Positions 1 through 17,435 are shown, counted from the first letter of the stretch. The stretch is 64,000 nt of DNA from Chrysomallon squamiferum (GCA_012295275.1 CM022671.1:14384001-14448000), one strand, 5' to 3'. Notes: a model not told the origin generated them from the sequence alone. Numbers and translations are program-made.

Positions 1-1249
1 CAGTTTATTTGAATACACATTAAAAATGTAACCTCACTTTTCCATTGGGAGTGAGGATGAATAAATTCTTCCTATTTTGAACCTTTTTAACAGCCAACAT
101 TTTTAAAGACAAAAATATAATATTTATATTCTGTTTCCGGTTAATTTTCAGTCAAAAGATAAAATAAAAATAGATTAATGTTGTTGGGGTTTTTGGGAGG
201 GGTTTTGTTGAAAAAATGTTCACATTTTTGGTTGAAAATAGATAAAGACACACACTTCTGCAACATTATGCTTTCCACATCATCTAACCAAACTCGTTAC
301 GTTATTAAATTAACAGAAATTACGCAAGCAGGTATGAGATGATTGGCGAAAGACGCTAGAGGGCCGCGGCCTGCATGATAGAGTGACTGACACAGTTGTG
401 GTCAACACAGTGGCTACTTTGATATTTGTATTGTTGTATTATAATTTTATTAACACAAGAATAGATATAACAAGACAATTTTGTTATTTTGTGTGTGTAA
501 TCCTATCATAATGGACGATTTCAAATAAATGAATAATTATTATTATCGTTACCGAACCTTCAAGAGGAAATTACAATCACAAATAAAGTGCAATGGCGGC
601 GCTCATGAAGCTAGTAACGTGTTGACTTTCATTATCATTAGTGAAAGAAAAGGAAGAAAATCAGCGGGTGTAAAATCTTTTTATTTACTTTGTAGCTGTG
701 CTTAAACAAAATATTAATGCATTACTATTATTAATATTATTAATATTTAATATTTATTACAGTTTTTTACACTGTTTACCGTCCTTTAAATCTTCAGTGA
801 TTGATGATGACGTTTGAATTCTGTGTTTTAATTTTTTATTTTATCCTGTCATCAAGTCACATACAATACGGAAATATTTTGAGAAATAAAATAAATGATT
901 TAAGTATAATCTTTTATAATAAAATAAAATAATGTATTATTTAAAGACGATCTGGGAAATCGTAAGTGTCCTAGACTCCTACGTAACTACTTTATGTTCA
1001 TACGTTATATTATCAATTGTCGATTTAAAACACTTACAAATATATAAAAAATAAAATAAATAAATATAATTATAAAAAAGTAAATTTAAAAACTAATAAA
1101 TAAATAAATAAACACTTCACTAAATGTGGACAAATGTTTATATGAAACCTTTAATATAAAAGGTTTCTTAATGATTAGAATGTTGTTAAAAAAAAAATTT
1201 AACTTATTAAAAAACACCCCTAGACGTCTTCATTAATATTTTTAACAAA

Positions 1250-1280
<31 letters not shown>

Positions 1281-1362
1281 AATTTGGAAATTACTTCTTC
1301 TATATTTTAGGACTGTCCACACAAGTAAAACAGAAACATGAAAATTTGCTGTTAATGTGACA

Positions 1363-4199
<2,837 letters not shown>

Positions 4200-4649
4200 C
4201 CTGTCTAATAAAATTGTTATTTTCATATAATAAAACAGTTTTGTTTCAAGTTATTTTGACCAATATTAGTATAATTTATTTTTGTATTACTTTTATTTAC
4301 ATCAAAGAATCGACTTTTATGTGCTTACTGCAATTGTAAAATTATATATATATATATATATTATTATTACTATTATTAGAAGAAAAGCATTTTCTGATTT
4401 ATCCAGTCACTGTTCCAAATAAAGTGATATGACAATTACAGTTATCTCCCCTTTTTATGATAACGTATAAAATAAAATAAATTATTTTTAGCAGTAGACG
4501 TTATTGAATAAACCCCTAAATAATATTTTAATTGACACTTGGTGAAAAGGTACCTGAAAATTGTTTAATCATAAAACAGTTATATATCTAAGAATGATTT
4601 AGAAAGAATAATACAGATCTTTCCATGAAAAAAGCAAACAATGAACATC

Positions 4650-4688
<39 letters not shown>

Positions 4689-4955
4689 TATATAAATATA
4701 TAACTTCACCTCAGTATTTATAAAACAAAAAGATGCAGAGCCATGTTAATATACGTTTGAACGAAATCTCTTTCACCACTAATGCGTCCCTTCGTCTTTT
4801 CCTTCTGTTCATTACGTCATGAAATGCTGTTTTAGTGTATTTACCCTAGTATACTTTGATACCAACCAGATATACGTACATAAAGTTCAGCAGAAAATTT
4901 GTGTCTTAGGAATAAAGTTCACTTTCCACCATATTTACACCACGTTCCGTTCATG

Positions 4956-7378
4956 CTACGCACGCTTTGTTTTTTCTTTGTAAACCTCACTAAACAATGC
5001 ATCGCACAGACTGGTTAGTGTCATTGTCAAATAAGCGAAATATACTGCAGCTAATTTCAGTCTTTCGTTGATGTTTCTTGGCGCTGGGACGTCGCACTTG
5101 CTGAAATCTTCAAACATGGTCATGGACAAGACGGCGATGATCGATGTCAGCATGTGCATAGAAGATACTATTGATGGAACCTGAATCCACGGGCAAATGG
5201 CAGCACCTAAAGGAATATTATATCTCAGATTTAAAATATATTTATTATTATTACTATTATTATTTATTACTTATTTACTTACTTACTTACTTACTTACTT
5301 ATTATTTTTACTTACTAAAATTTATTTATTATTTAAAACAAAAATTAATACAATATATAGACATATATCATCAAACTTTTGTTAAATTTTATTTCAACAT
5401 TATTTGCGGTTTTATTTTGTATTTCTTCTGTCGTTGGATATTTTGACTAATATCCAAAGTGTATCATCCTCAAAAAAAAATAAAGAGAACGAAAGAACTA
5501 CGGTTTTATACAGATTAAGAGAAGATTCAGCAAACAGAATACAATTTATGTTAGTCTTCAAAGAAACTCTTATCTCTGAGCTGCAGCTCGCTCCAGCCTC
5601 CACATAGATAACCTAAGTAATTCCCTAAGTATAATGATTTTTTTAATCCACTGGACCCCCATAAGCAGGCGTGGATCGAACGGGATCTGTCAGCTGTCTG
5701 TGCTCTAACAGCGGATCTTAAACTCGTTTTAATATAATGTTGTAACAACGTGAAAATAAATAACTCTGACAGCTAAATTACTAATAATAAAATGACTCAT
5801 GTTGTAACCATCTTAATCATGTTTAGCTGGTTGCTTTCGTTCAATGCAGTTGCTCAAACATTTAAGTGTCGTAATTTTTGAAATTACGAGCATATTCCAT
5901 AATGCAAATCTGCTCCTATTACCAGTATATCAAAAACAATATGAGCTAATGGGAATATAATCACATCGCATTTATTAAATGGCAACCCAAATTTGTATTT
6001 AATGTTTTGAAACAAAATTATTCATGCACTCTACGGATGTAAAAATATTTTTCTATATCGCAATGACTTTCACTAAGCATTTTGAAAAACAAGAAGAAAA
6101 AATGTTGTTAGTAAGCTTGAATAATCGGTTCATTTTATTAAGATGTACGAGATTTTCAGCTATTAGGCCTTTATCTGAAAAATATTATATGCAGCATATA
6201 GGCCTTTTTATAGGCATTTTTTATTTTTATTTTTTATTTGTTTTTAATTTTATTATAATTATTTTTTTAAAATTTACTCAACAAATATTAAAATTGTTAT
6301 TTCCAATCAATTGATATATTGGTAAAATTGTTCATAAATAACTATTTAGCACGAACTATCAATGCATGTTAGCGAGGACGTACGTACGTACATACTCTAA
6401 TTTTATTATTTTTATTATTCTTTATTTATTTATTTATTTGTTTGTTTGTTTCTTTATTACTTTTCCCCCCAGGTTTCTGTCTGAAAACTAGAACAATGAA
6501 TCATTTGATTATTGAGCAGATTGTTTGGCTTATTCTGACTTTATTTTATAATGTTTATCAGAGAACTATTCACGTGACAAACATGTCATATCTTTTGATG
6601 TAATCCGCTCCGTTCGAAATGAAAATGAAAGTACACCAGTTTGTTACTCTTTATCATCACATGGTGTGTTAAGCTTATTTCTTACCTTTATAGAAAGCAT
6701 ATGTTGCAACAGCAAAGAAAGGTATTTGCAGAGTAAACTCCACCAGACACGTGCTCAAATACCAAGGGAATTTATTCACAGCTGCAAGAAACGGATCCCG
6801 ATGACTTTCCAGATACCAGTGAAATAAACTTTGAAGCTAAAAAATGTCAGATTATATTTTAAATTATGTCAGAATAAATAATACCACAAATATTTCACGA
6901 TATTTACTTTGATTTATTAAAATAATGGATCAAGATATGATTGAAGAATGCCTCTTTTCTTTTTCCTTTTACTTTAGAGCAGTTTGGACGTAAGAAAATT
7001 CAGCTGTATATTTATCTGTTTAGTTTTTAATCATAAATTTACGTTATATCATGAAAAATATTTAAACCAACACTTATTTATCCTCCAAATAATCTATTAA
7101 TGTGCATATAATTTTATATTAATTATTGATGTTTCTGATAGGAATGTTATAATGTTGCTAGCTTGCTTGTGTCTGTGTGTGTTTGTGTGTATGTGCGTGC
7201 GTGTGTGAGGTCGCGCGCGCGCGTGTATGTATGTGTGTGTGTTTGTTAAAATACTCACTGGTTTTGGGTACAGCCATGCTGGCAGTAGACACTGGGTATC
7301 AAAAAATATTGTGGAAACAAGCTGCCAGAGGAAATATCCGAATAAAATTTTATCAATAAAGCGCAGGCTCCTCGCCAT
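4956..7378 (-). CDS. TMEM97: TMEM97/sigma-2 receptor-like EXPERA membrane protein, divergent paralogue; exons 7378-7259, 6836-6686, 5206-4956
   Basis: MARSLRFIDKILFGYFLWQLVSTIFFDTQCLLPAWLYPKP / LQSLFHWYLESHRDPF...EFTLQIPFFAVATYAFYKG / AAICPWIQVPSIVSSMHMLTSII...ERLKLAAVYFAY...KEKTKRA. Same 3-exon layout as its neighbour; ends in a KxKxx ER-retrieval motif. Confidence 0.85.
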
Positions 7379-9141
7379 CTTTTAAGAGATTCATACGTTC
7401 TGCAGACTTTCAAGTACTCAAATGTGTGACCGCCGGAAACATTCGCCCTTTTATTAGTGAGTAAGCTTATTTTTATCGTTTCAATCTCCTCGGTTATTTA
7501 GTCGGCGAGCGAACTACATAGACGAAGCATATTACCCTCCTCCAGCCAAATGAATGACAAAAGGCACTCCCATGTTGATTTCCATGGGAACAGCGAGCCT
7601 GTTGTTCCTGAAACTGCAAGGGGCTATCGAAGTTGACACTTCCCATTATACACACAAAGAAATTACATAGATTATTTTTTGTACATGAAAATTTCACCGA
7701 TTCACTGTAAAGATTATTTTGTTCTGTTATATAAATTTTCTTTTCTGTGATAAACAAGGCTAAACTATTTTAATTATACTTCTGATACTCTGAAAATGTT
7801 CTTTTTACTGTTATTTGCAGATTTGCTGTAGATGTTAATGTCTTGAACTTCCCACTTCCATTCGATGATTAGTTTTCCATTAAATTTTGTTTAGGTGCTT
7901 TCCGATACGTTTCAGTTTTGTTATTTACAAATATTTTAATGCTTCTAACAACGAATCTCTTTCATCCATGCCAGTATTTTGCGGGATGATAAACATTTAC
8001 GTACCTACTTTATTTTAACTATGGAATACGTGTATTTCAAAACCAAATTAAATTACAAATATGACTTACTTGATTAATACAGATTTTAATTTTATTTATT
8101 TATTTATATAAAAACGAAGAAAGAAAACTGGTCGGAAAAAGTCGAATGTTGAACACGTTATATTTATTGTTATTGTTCAGTTTTCAGTGTGGACATATCT
8201 ACAGGTTTTTTTTTATCTCTACAAACAATCTGAAACTAACACCAGTGACATTTACTGCAACAAAGGATCTTTTATCTGAACGTTCTAACAGAGATGACAA
8301 CACGTAACAAATAAGTGAATGGAAAAGAATGTAAACAACTATTATGCAGTCACTCTTGCCCATCTTCTTTACATTAGATATGAAATCTTCACCATGCAAA
8401 ATCGTTTCAATCTAAATAAATTTTCAAACCATTCAAATCTATACTGAATATAGATAAACTCCCATCAACATTTTTATTTAATGATTTTTCTTTCAAAATA
8501 AATAAATAATATCAGTGTCCTTTTTTCTGTTAATTTCTTTTTTAAATAAATATCAAAAATACAACCCACTAATCCCAAAATAAACAACATTTACTTTAAA
8601 AACAAAATATAACTAAAAACTTTGTATGACTATAGAGATGTAATATCCATCTTTATAATAAATTACCATTACAATACTGACAGTTATTTTAGATGATGTA
8701 TTTTTTTGCATCAGATGTCATTTCGGCATCTTTGTATTTCTTAAACACCACAACAAAGACAATGTCACAGTGTCAACCTTAGACCTGCTACCTAGTACAC
8801 AGAGTAATGGAATAATACAGAAAAATGAAAAACACAAGATCAAGAAGTATACTGACATTTATTTTTCTGTACAAAAATTGTATACTTCACTTTAGCTAAA
8901 TTTGATTTTTAAAAAGGTACAAAAATAAATAAATAAATTCTATAGAAACTGTCCTATCTATTTAAAAAAAAAAACGTATTCCATCATTTCACTAAGATTG
9001 TACCGTTTCATAGTATTATAACATTAAAATATAAAATAATTTCATATAATTTTTGTAACAGTTTAAATAATTGTTAAGATATAAGTACACATACATCAGC
9101 AAATCACTGAATTATAGTCTTACATAAAAACCCTAAAATAG

Positions 9142-10659
9142 TCAGTGTTTTTTTGGCTTCTTAGGAAGCTGGTTATAAACTTTACTGAAAAGGGCATCAA
9201 CCAGCATCATTGCAGGTAGAATGAAAAATGGTGAGTACACTGCCAGCAGAGCAAGCCGTTCTTGTAGAGTGGATGGTCCCAGAGACTTTGACGTGCTGAA
9301 ATCATTGAGTAAAATGTGGAATGCGATGGCAATAACAGTGGTCATCACATGAGACGAATAGACTATCACAGGCAAACGGATCCATCTGCATGATGCTGCT
9401 CCTAAAAAGAAATTATTCATAAACATTGTTTTGTGTGTTTATTTATTAATTTACATTTCAATGGACCTATTAAGAGAGAAAAAAAAGTGTACTTATTTCT
9501 ATATTCAAAAATTTATATTTTTATTAAACAATCTGTTTTCATCTTATTTGGTGATTTTTGAAAAAATATTAAACAATAACATTAAATTAAAATGAAAATT
9601 ATAATAGAAACATATTAAAAAAAAAAAAGTAATTAAAAGTTCTGTATAATGTCTAGAAGTATTACCTTTGTAATAAGCATAGGAAGCAACAAAAAAAAAA
9701 GGGAATTGCAACAGTGCTTCACATATACAGAATGAGTAGTAAAATGGAGGTGTATCCAGAAACATTGAATCTTTAAACTCTCGACAAAACCAGTCTCGCT
9801 GAGCCACAAACTGTAAAATAAACATGTCACAGTTATATGTAATTATAAATAATTTTTGATTACTACTTCTGAGCATTTAATACAATAGTTTTAAAATTCT
9901 GTTTACAGGGTTCTAAACTCTAAAACACACATAGACATTAAAGGTGTGTATGCATATTTAAATATATAATATATAACACATAAACAACACACACATACAC
10001 GTATATATATTATCATACATACACACATACATACATACATATATATATATATACACATATATATATTATCATACATACATACATACATACATATATATAT
10101 ATATACACACATATATACACATACACACAACAATGTGTCTATCATTGTTTTGATCTTTGTTTGTATGATTGAGTAAAATTATTAAAACTACAAGAAGTCA
10201 CAGATATGAATTTTTCTGGGGGGTTCCATTGCCAAATATCCTTCACCCACTAGGATATCAAAACTGAAAACATTTACATTTTTACATTTTCTTTTCCCTA
10301 GTAAAAGTAGTAAGTTAATAAGATACAATATACGATTTTAAATTCCTGTCTTTGAATGAATGTTGTTTGTGTTAGCATTTTCATTTCCATTAAAGGAATG
10401 CCGTTAATCTGGGCTTAGTTTATAGTTATAGAGAGATAATCATAAATTGGGATATTCAGGGATGCTTTTTTTCTGCAGTTCGGTTAACTGCTTATTTCTG
10501 TTATGATGTTCGATGACAACGCTTGATGAAACTTACGATATTTGGGAACATCCATTTGGGAAAAACTGCCTGTAAGTCAATAAAAGCGCTGATTGGTATG
10601 TGAGTAATAAAGTACAATAAAAATATCTTATCCAAAACACGAGACCGAGACTCTGCCAT
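9142..10659 (-). CDS. TMEM97: TMEM97/sigma-2 receptor, canonical-looking paralogue; exons 10659-10537, 9810-9666, 9401-9142
   Basis: LYFITHIPISAFIDLQAVFP, EFKD, CEALLQFPFF, CRWIRLPVIVYSSHVMTT, TLQERLALLAVYSPF and a lysine-rich C-terminus are TMEM97 hallmarks. Confidence 0.92.
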
Positions 10660-11515
10660 TTTAAGTGAACTTATGACAACCGAAGGGGAAACAACTCTCA
10701 CAGGTTGTTTTTTGCCATATAATAACAATATAATTATTTTAAAAGTACTAATAATTGCATAATGAATATGTAACTAAAAGTGATGTCTGGAATGTAAAGG
10801 ACCGATTAGCAGTCAGATCCGTCGCTCAGATCAAGTTGCTTTAATAATTATCGAAACATTCCTGTCATGCTTTCAGATTTTAAACAGAGTTCTAAGACAG
10901 CCAGATTGAACAGAACGTTATTAAAAATTACGTCAGTAATCATATTTATTGTTCATTGTATCTGTGAAACAGAGAGGAGAGAACAAAGTAGGAAACCATT
11001 TCCAATATAAGCACTCTTAAATAATGTGATTTTTATTTTGATTCCCAGTTTCAGTTTTAATACCACTGACTTCGTGGAATTTTTCTGAAAACAAACAAAA
11101 ATAAATATAATAAAAATCTACGCATGTCTGTGTGTTTCGTGCATGAATGTGCATTCGCGTAACAAAAATCAGCCGTACCATAGGATTTTTTTTTTTTTTT
11201 TTTTTATATATATGTATATAAAAAATAAAAAAAAATAAAAAAACGAAAATAAAAATAAATAAATCAAACAAACAAACACCAGAAACAACAACAAAATTAT
11301 ATTAAAAAGCCAGAAATATCTGGAAAGGACGTATTGTTGTTTGGATTGAGTTGTAATAATAATAAAAAAGTAATACAGTACTAAAATAAAATGACTGAAA
11401 TGCATGTTTCTGTACATATGAATGTATTTTGTTTGCATATTTAAAAAAAAAAAAAAAAAACCCCAAAATGACCATATGAACCCTTTTTATTATGAGAATC
11501 ATTTTAAAGATGATT

Positions 11516-11549
<34 letters not shown>

Positions 11550-11989
11550 ATTTTACATACATACATACATATACACTTACAGAGAAAGTAAGAAAAAGGA
11601 ACGGTAATAAAGGTGTATTTTAGAAGTGAACAGAAAATGATCGGCAGAAATATTATCGTCATTGCAAGTTTTAAATTCGTTTATGACGACAGCAACCTGC
11701 AACAACAACGAATAATATCAGATCTTACGTATCTGTCGTATACGTATTTTTCAAATTTCATTTTGTATTATTTATTTTTGGCGATCAGTTTTTGCTAATA
11801 ATAATGTTTTACGTTGACACTGCGCATTATATATTTTTTCGTTCAATATTTTGTATCTGCTCTTGAATTGTGTTCCAGTTTTGAATTATTTATGAACAGA
11901 ACTCATTTGAAAACAATATGCTGATAAAAAATCTTGAAAGCTACAGCTATCTGGGACAGATATAAAAGATTCTAAGAAGATTATCTACA

Positions 11990-12365
11990 ACTCATGTGAC
12001 ATAATGTTCGGAAACATGGACGCTAACTAAACAAACAAAGGCAACACTAGCAGCAGCACAGACAAAGATGGAAAGAAATATATTAAACATGACATAATTT
12101 AGCTGGGTAAAAAAGAAAACGAACGTTAATGATCCTAGGCATGGTGGGACAGAAGTGAATAAAAGATAACCAATGCACATCACGTACCACCTATAGGAAA
12201 TCATAGGAAGGGAAACGATATAGTGGAAGACAAGCGCAATGATGGAGGAATAAACTAGATAACTGTTGGAAAGAATGATAGCGCAAGACAGGAAGATGTG
12301 GAATCAACATGCTGAAGTTTCAGTCCAGCAAATGGAAACTGCTGCTGCTACTGCTACTAATGATG
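11990..12365 (+). mobile_element. Decayed 3' fragment of an RTE-clade LINE reverse transcriptase ORF
   Basis: Reads ETWTLTKQTKATLAAAQTKMERNILNMT and later AQDRKMWNQHAE, with stops and frameshifts. This is typical of the RTE ORF C-terminus. A short trinucleotide-like tail follows. Confidence 0.75.
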
Positions 12366-13414
12366 TTGATAATGAGTTTAATTAATTTTCAACGTTTATT
12401 CGAAACTGCAAATACTTATTTGTTAAATTTTGTATTCAAGTTTAGTGTGTTTTTATTTATTTTTATTTTTTATTTATTTTTATTTTTTTATTATTTATTT
12501 TTTCGATAAAAAGGAAAAATAATAAAAAAAATGTATTCACTCCGTTATATTTCAAAGCCAAACCTTCCTGCATAGACAAGGAACAATGAGAGACTCTTAA
12601 TAGTTTCGTTCGTTTATTTGTTGTTTGCTTATTATTATTATTATTAAATTATTATTAAAATAATCAAGTAAATAAATAAATTTGATCATTTTTATAGGGA
12701 TTGTTATGATATTATATTGTATTAAAAATATTTTTAGAGTATTGAAATACCACCCCCTTAGTTAAGATTTAATTGATTTTGAAATTCGGTAAAGCCGTTT
12801 TTTTGTGTGTAACCCCATTATTTGAACACGTTTGACTATTCTGTTAAGTATTTTTTATTCATTACTTGCTTCTTTCACAATACATTTTAATAAAACCTAG
12901 CAGAACGGAAGATATTAATATATGAAAAAAAGGTGGGGGGAAAGGGTTAAAAAGATAAAAATTAATGTCTGATTAACTTCACCAGTATTTATTGTAACGG
13001 TTTAACTTGCATAGAAAGAATCTTGTATATGTGAATTAAGGACTTTTAGCTGTGTCTTTGCTTCTTGATTGCAGTAGGACAAGATATCCCAGCAAATTCA
13101 GTGATAAACAACTCCTATAATGTCGCTGTAATGCTATTTTGAAATCTTAAATTCAAGCTCTAAACTTTCCAGTTCCGACATTAAAATACCGAGCTACTTA
13201 TTTTCTCAGTATATCGAAAGAATCTTTGTAATTTAACAGTTCAACCGGAAAATCATTTCATTCAAAGAATTTATATTCGTAAAGTTTGTATCTCAGTAAA
13301 ACTACAACGAGAAGTAATTGTGCAATTATATCGGGCATGCGTAGAAGGATATTTAGAAATACATATTTAGCAGTGTCGGTCCACTTAAGGAATGCAGTAC
13401 TTAGGCCTTTTCAA

Positions 13415-15600
13415 TGAATGAAATGAAATGAAAAAAATTAACGTGCTAATCAGAGCAAGCTGTTGTGAAGCACATCTATGACGGGCACGCTTTCTGACAG
13501 GTCAGCGGGCATGTCTGTCGCAGAAAAGAGTTTTGGGTAAGGTAAGAGAATGGGTTCTCGTTACGATTGCAGGATACAAGGGAGTGTCCAGCATAACGGA
13601 TCGTAACGAATCAGTTGCAATGTTTCGTTGATGTTTTCCGCTCCTTGTTGTTTCTGGCACTTTTCTAGCTCATTGAAGATCTCCTAGTCATCACTGGGTC
13701 CGTGTTGGTTGGGTCCTGTTTGTTTGTTCTCTTCTCGGCTGCTGTTGATGTCTCCTTGTTCTTTTTGGCTGCTTCTTTCTGGCCCAACAATTCCAAACTT
13801 TTTTTTTGCCATTGGTCTTTTTATTGATTTAAAAGATGCTGTAAACACCTGTAACTAAAAAGAATAAGAAAATGAATGCAGTTAACTTACATTTTATTTT
13901 ATTTTATTTTATTTTAAAAGATGTTATAAATTCCTGCAGCTAAGAATAAGAACATGAACTTATTTACATTTATTAAGTACATTTAAAAAAAAAAAACCCA
14001 CCTAAAACCGGGTTAGTATGGTCTGAAAGTAGGTACGTATAGTACGTATAGTTTTGTTTTTAATTATTAATTTAATTGGCCATTCAAACTGATCCGTCAA
14101 TCAGCCGATCCATCCATAGATTCATCGGCTGTTCAACCAATTAATCTGTAAGTCAGTAAATTCATATAATTGTTGTTTGTTTTTGTGTCATAATAAACAA
14201 AACAAAACAAACAAAAAAAAGTCTAAAGTTTTGTTCACTGTTGTTTGTTTTTGTGTCATAATAATAATAAAAAAGAGTCTAAAGTTTTGTTCCCTGTTGT
14301 TTTGTGTTTGTGGGATTTCTCTTGTCTGTGTGTAATTTAAGTCTTTTGTCGTCTGTGGAGATCTTGAAGCCCAAGCCGTCTTCGATTATTTGGGCTACTG
14401 TGTACTCCAAATTGGAGTCGTCATTGGTGTTTTCTTGGTTGGTTCTAATGTTTGAAGTTCTATGAGGAGGCAGACAATGATTTTGTGGATTTCTGCAATT
14501 CTGACCTCCTTGTCCAGATTGTCTTATGGTTTGTTGTTGTGGTGGTCAATTTTTTCTATGATGGTTTTGGTTTTTCGTTCGATTTTCTGGCATTTTTTGT
14601 TGACATTTCGTAAAATTTTGTTTTCTCTTCTGTTATATTCAAAGTTGTTGCTTGCTGTAATTTTTGATGGGCACATTTTATAATGTGATGCATGTGGACC
14701 CTGGCAATTCGCGCACTTTGCCAGAGAACGGCATTGGCCTGAGTTTCTGTGGTGAATTCCACCGCAGAAACTGCATGTCAGCGATTTCGGGCTGTGTCTG
14801 TGGGAGCACTGGTTTGTGATGTTCCCCCATTTCTGACAGTGGCTGCACTTGGGCAATTGCAGCCTCATTTCTGTCAGTGTGTATCTGTACCCATAAATGG
14901 TGATAGTTGTGTTTGTTAGTTTCCTGCTAAACGTCAGTGTGGTCCAGTAGCTTGGATTTTCCCACATTTCCACACTGACTAATTTAGCTTTTGTTTGTTC
15001 TATTAATTCTTTGTTGAACATCTCAAAGAAATCATGCTTGTTTGCACACGGGTAATAAAAACCCAAATCTTTCGAGATGTATTTGTGTTTTGTTGTTTCT
15101 TTTGTTGTTGTTTTGTGATGAGTGTTTGTTTTGGCTGCTGTTGTTGAGTAATGAGTGTTTGTTTTGGCTGCTGTTGTTGCGTAATGAGTGTTTGTTTTGG
15201 CTGCTGTTGTGTGAGCAGTGATTTTTGGGGGTTGTGGTGTGGGTGTTTTCTTTGTTTGTTTGGCGTCAGGGGTTATTTTTGGTAAAACTCTGACAATAAA
15301 TGTTTCATCCCGGATAGTTATGTTGGGACCGATAATTTTTAGTGATTTTGTGTCTACTTCGAAATATATTTCTTTTCCGTTTTGATTGTTGTTAACTTTA
15401 GTTGTTTTGTCTATTATGTGTATTTGAACTTCTAATAAGTAACGCAACTTTTTTTTCGATGTCTGTGTGGGGTTTTGTGGTGGATGGTGGTTCGGCTTTG
15501 AATATGTTTTGTTTTTTCCTTTTTATCGTTTCCCAAATGTTTTGATCGTTTTCGTTTTCGGTATCTGTGTCGCGTAGCCTCGCCAATACGTGTAAGTTTC
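13415..15600 (-). mobile_element. Non-LTR retrotransposon-like element (I/Jockey/Nimb-type gag-like ORF1) with 3' stem-loop and (TTTCA)n tail; no ORF2 seen
   Basis: ORF1 with three zinc knuckles. The minus-strand 3' end reads ...CTGACCTGTCAG...GATTAGCACGTTAA-polyT-(CATTT)n. The same 3' end recurs at 18598-18692. Confidence 0.65.
14524..15586 (-). pseudogene. LINE ORF1/gag-like nucleic-acid-binding protein, frameshifted near 15400-15450
   Basis: CSHCQKWGNITNQC, CSFCGGIHHRNSGQC and CANCQGPHASHYKMC form a triple knuckle. Internal 33-bp repeat (TTAAKTNTH x3). The upstream ORF 15398-15586 supplies the N-terminus in another frame. Confidence 0.75.
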
Positions 15601-16552
15601 TGTTAATAATTTGTTGTTCCTCTGTTTCCTCCGAGTCCGAATGTGTGTGGTGGGATGTGTTGTCGTTTATCTTTTTTTGTTTCCTGTTACCTTTTTTTTC
15701 TGAGCCTAGGTCTTTTAATCATCAGTCACGGTGCTGTATGTTTTTGTGTGTTTAGTTGCCATTGTGTAGTGTAATTGTTTTGTTTTTCTTTAAAAAATAG
15801 ATCGATTTCAAATATATAGACAAGTCTATATTAATTATAAAAAGTCTAAAGCTATCATAACTCACTTTTAGATCGAGGTAAAGATAAAAGGTATATTGGT
15901 TATTTATGATACCGGAAAGTAAAAGACAAAAGAACAAACTGTAAATAAGAAAAAAGAAAAAAGAAAAGTAATTAAAGTAACAATAATACAAATACCTACA
16001 AATAATATAAATAAAAATCTAAGGCCTTTTAATTACTACAGCCCTTTTTATACTCCGGCCTAATTTCAAACTGATAAACACTGATTTAATTAAATCAAAT
16101 ATGTATTTAAAATAACCTGCGCTATATATTAGATTAATCTTATTAATCTTCTCGACGACGCAGTTATTACGTCATGGTTAGCAACGATTATTAATTAACA
16201 ACGTCAAAATGTATAGTTTCTATTATTAGAGTTTATAAAGTATTTCAGTAACACACACACACACACAACATATCACAGAGTTGGACTTCCGGTCAGTCGT
16301 GACAATTGTGGGAGAAGGTGATAGATTATCAACAGGATCTTTGGATGACCAAAGCAATGAAAGATGTGTTTTGTCATGGACATTTACTAGACAGCCAAAA
16401 TGATTATAGAGAAATATGTAAAAGAATTGCTCCTGTTGTGAAATGTAAATCACTTGGATGTTTGTATACTCATAAAAAATAAAACTAACAAAGACTTTAC
16501 GTTTTATGTGATTCTTTGTTTGTTGAAAACAATAATACAAAGAATAAACATA

Positions 16553-17370
16553 TTAATCATTATCGTCTGAACTTGAAGGATCAGTACGAACCGGATCATC
16601 ACTTAAGCAACCTTGCCAAGTATCCCAAACCCAATCTAAGTAGATATAAACATCATCTGAAAAAGGTAAGTCATCAAAGTGTCGAGGATGTAAGAAAAAC
16701 CAACCAATCGTTAGATCAAAGTTATTTATATCGCTCATAAGAATCAACATATCAGTTGTTCTTAATAGGTAATGGATTCATTTATCTTGTCTCCATTGGT
16801 CAGTTTTAACTTTCGCAGCTTCTGAGACGTGGCCGTCGTCTTTAATAAAATCATCCCCTAGCATATCTGGACCAGTGACTCTGTGCTTCATCATTCTACC
16901 CCAATTTTTCACATTTTGACCAAGATGTATTCTGTTTAGTAAATTATGTCTCCAAGAATGTGTAGTTCTTCTGTAATGTTGTATATCAGTTCTTGGGCCA
17001 AATGCAATGCCGTCTTGGTCGTCTAAAGCATCATGGTCTTTAGCATCACCAATCTTAGGATTTTTTTTTGAGAACATCAATATCCGGTCTACCCAACCAA
17101 TTTAATTTTCTTTTTGGTTTAGGTAACACCGAAAGACAAACAATCAGGTATACAGTGTATAACAGAAGGACTAAATCGTATATTATATCTACCTCGATCT
17201 TTAGCATCTTTAAGCAGAATATCTTTATATCTTTTAACATCGACACCTGTAGTAAATTTAGAATAATCTAAGTTCGTTCTTGCCAAATCTCGTCCAAGAA
17301 AAATAACAAAGAACCACGTTCTCTTCTCTAGCAAAGCCGGGTTACAAACGTGCACACGCTCTTCGAGACA
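16553..17370 (-). pseudogene. Decayed ~265-aa uninterrupted ORF of unknown family (possible endogenous viral or large DNA-transposon gene)
   Basis: ORFs 17119-17355, 17055-17246 (C-terminal part), 16778-17080 and 16553-16750 join through two frameshifts and one in-frame TGA (DK*IHYLLRTTDML) into a protein-like sequence. Confidence 0.55.
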
Positions 17371-17399
17371 TGAAATAAAGAAATATAATTAATAAATCG

Positions 17400-17435
<36 letters not shown>

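Noticed and set aside
38-380. Possible minus-strand exons of a gene divergent from RWDD4 (e.g. VQNRKNLFILTPNGK before a GTGAG donor)
   Set aside because: Too short and frame-ambiguous to identify; the window edge prevents confirmation.
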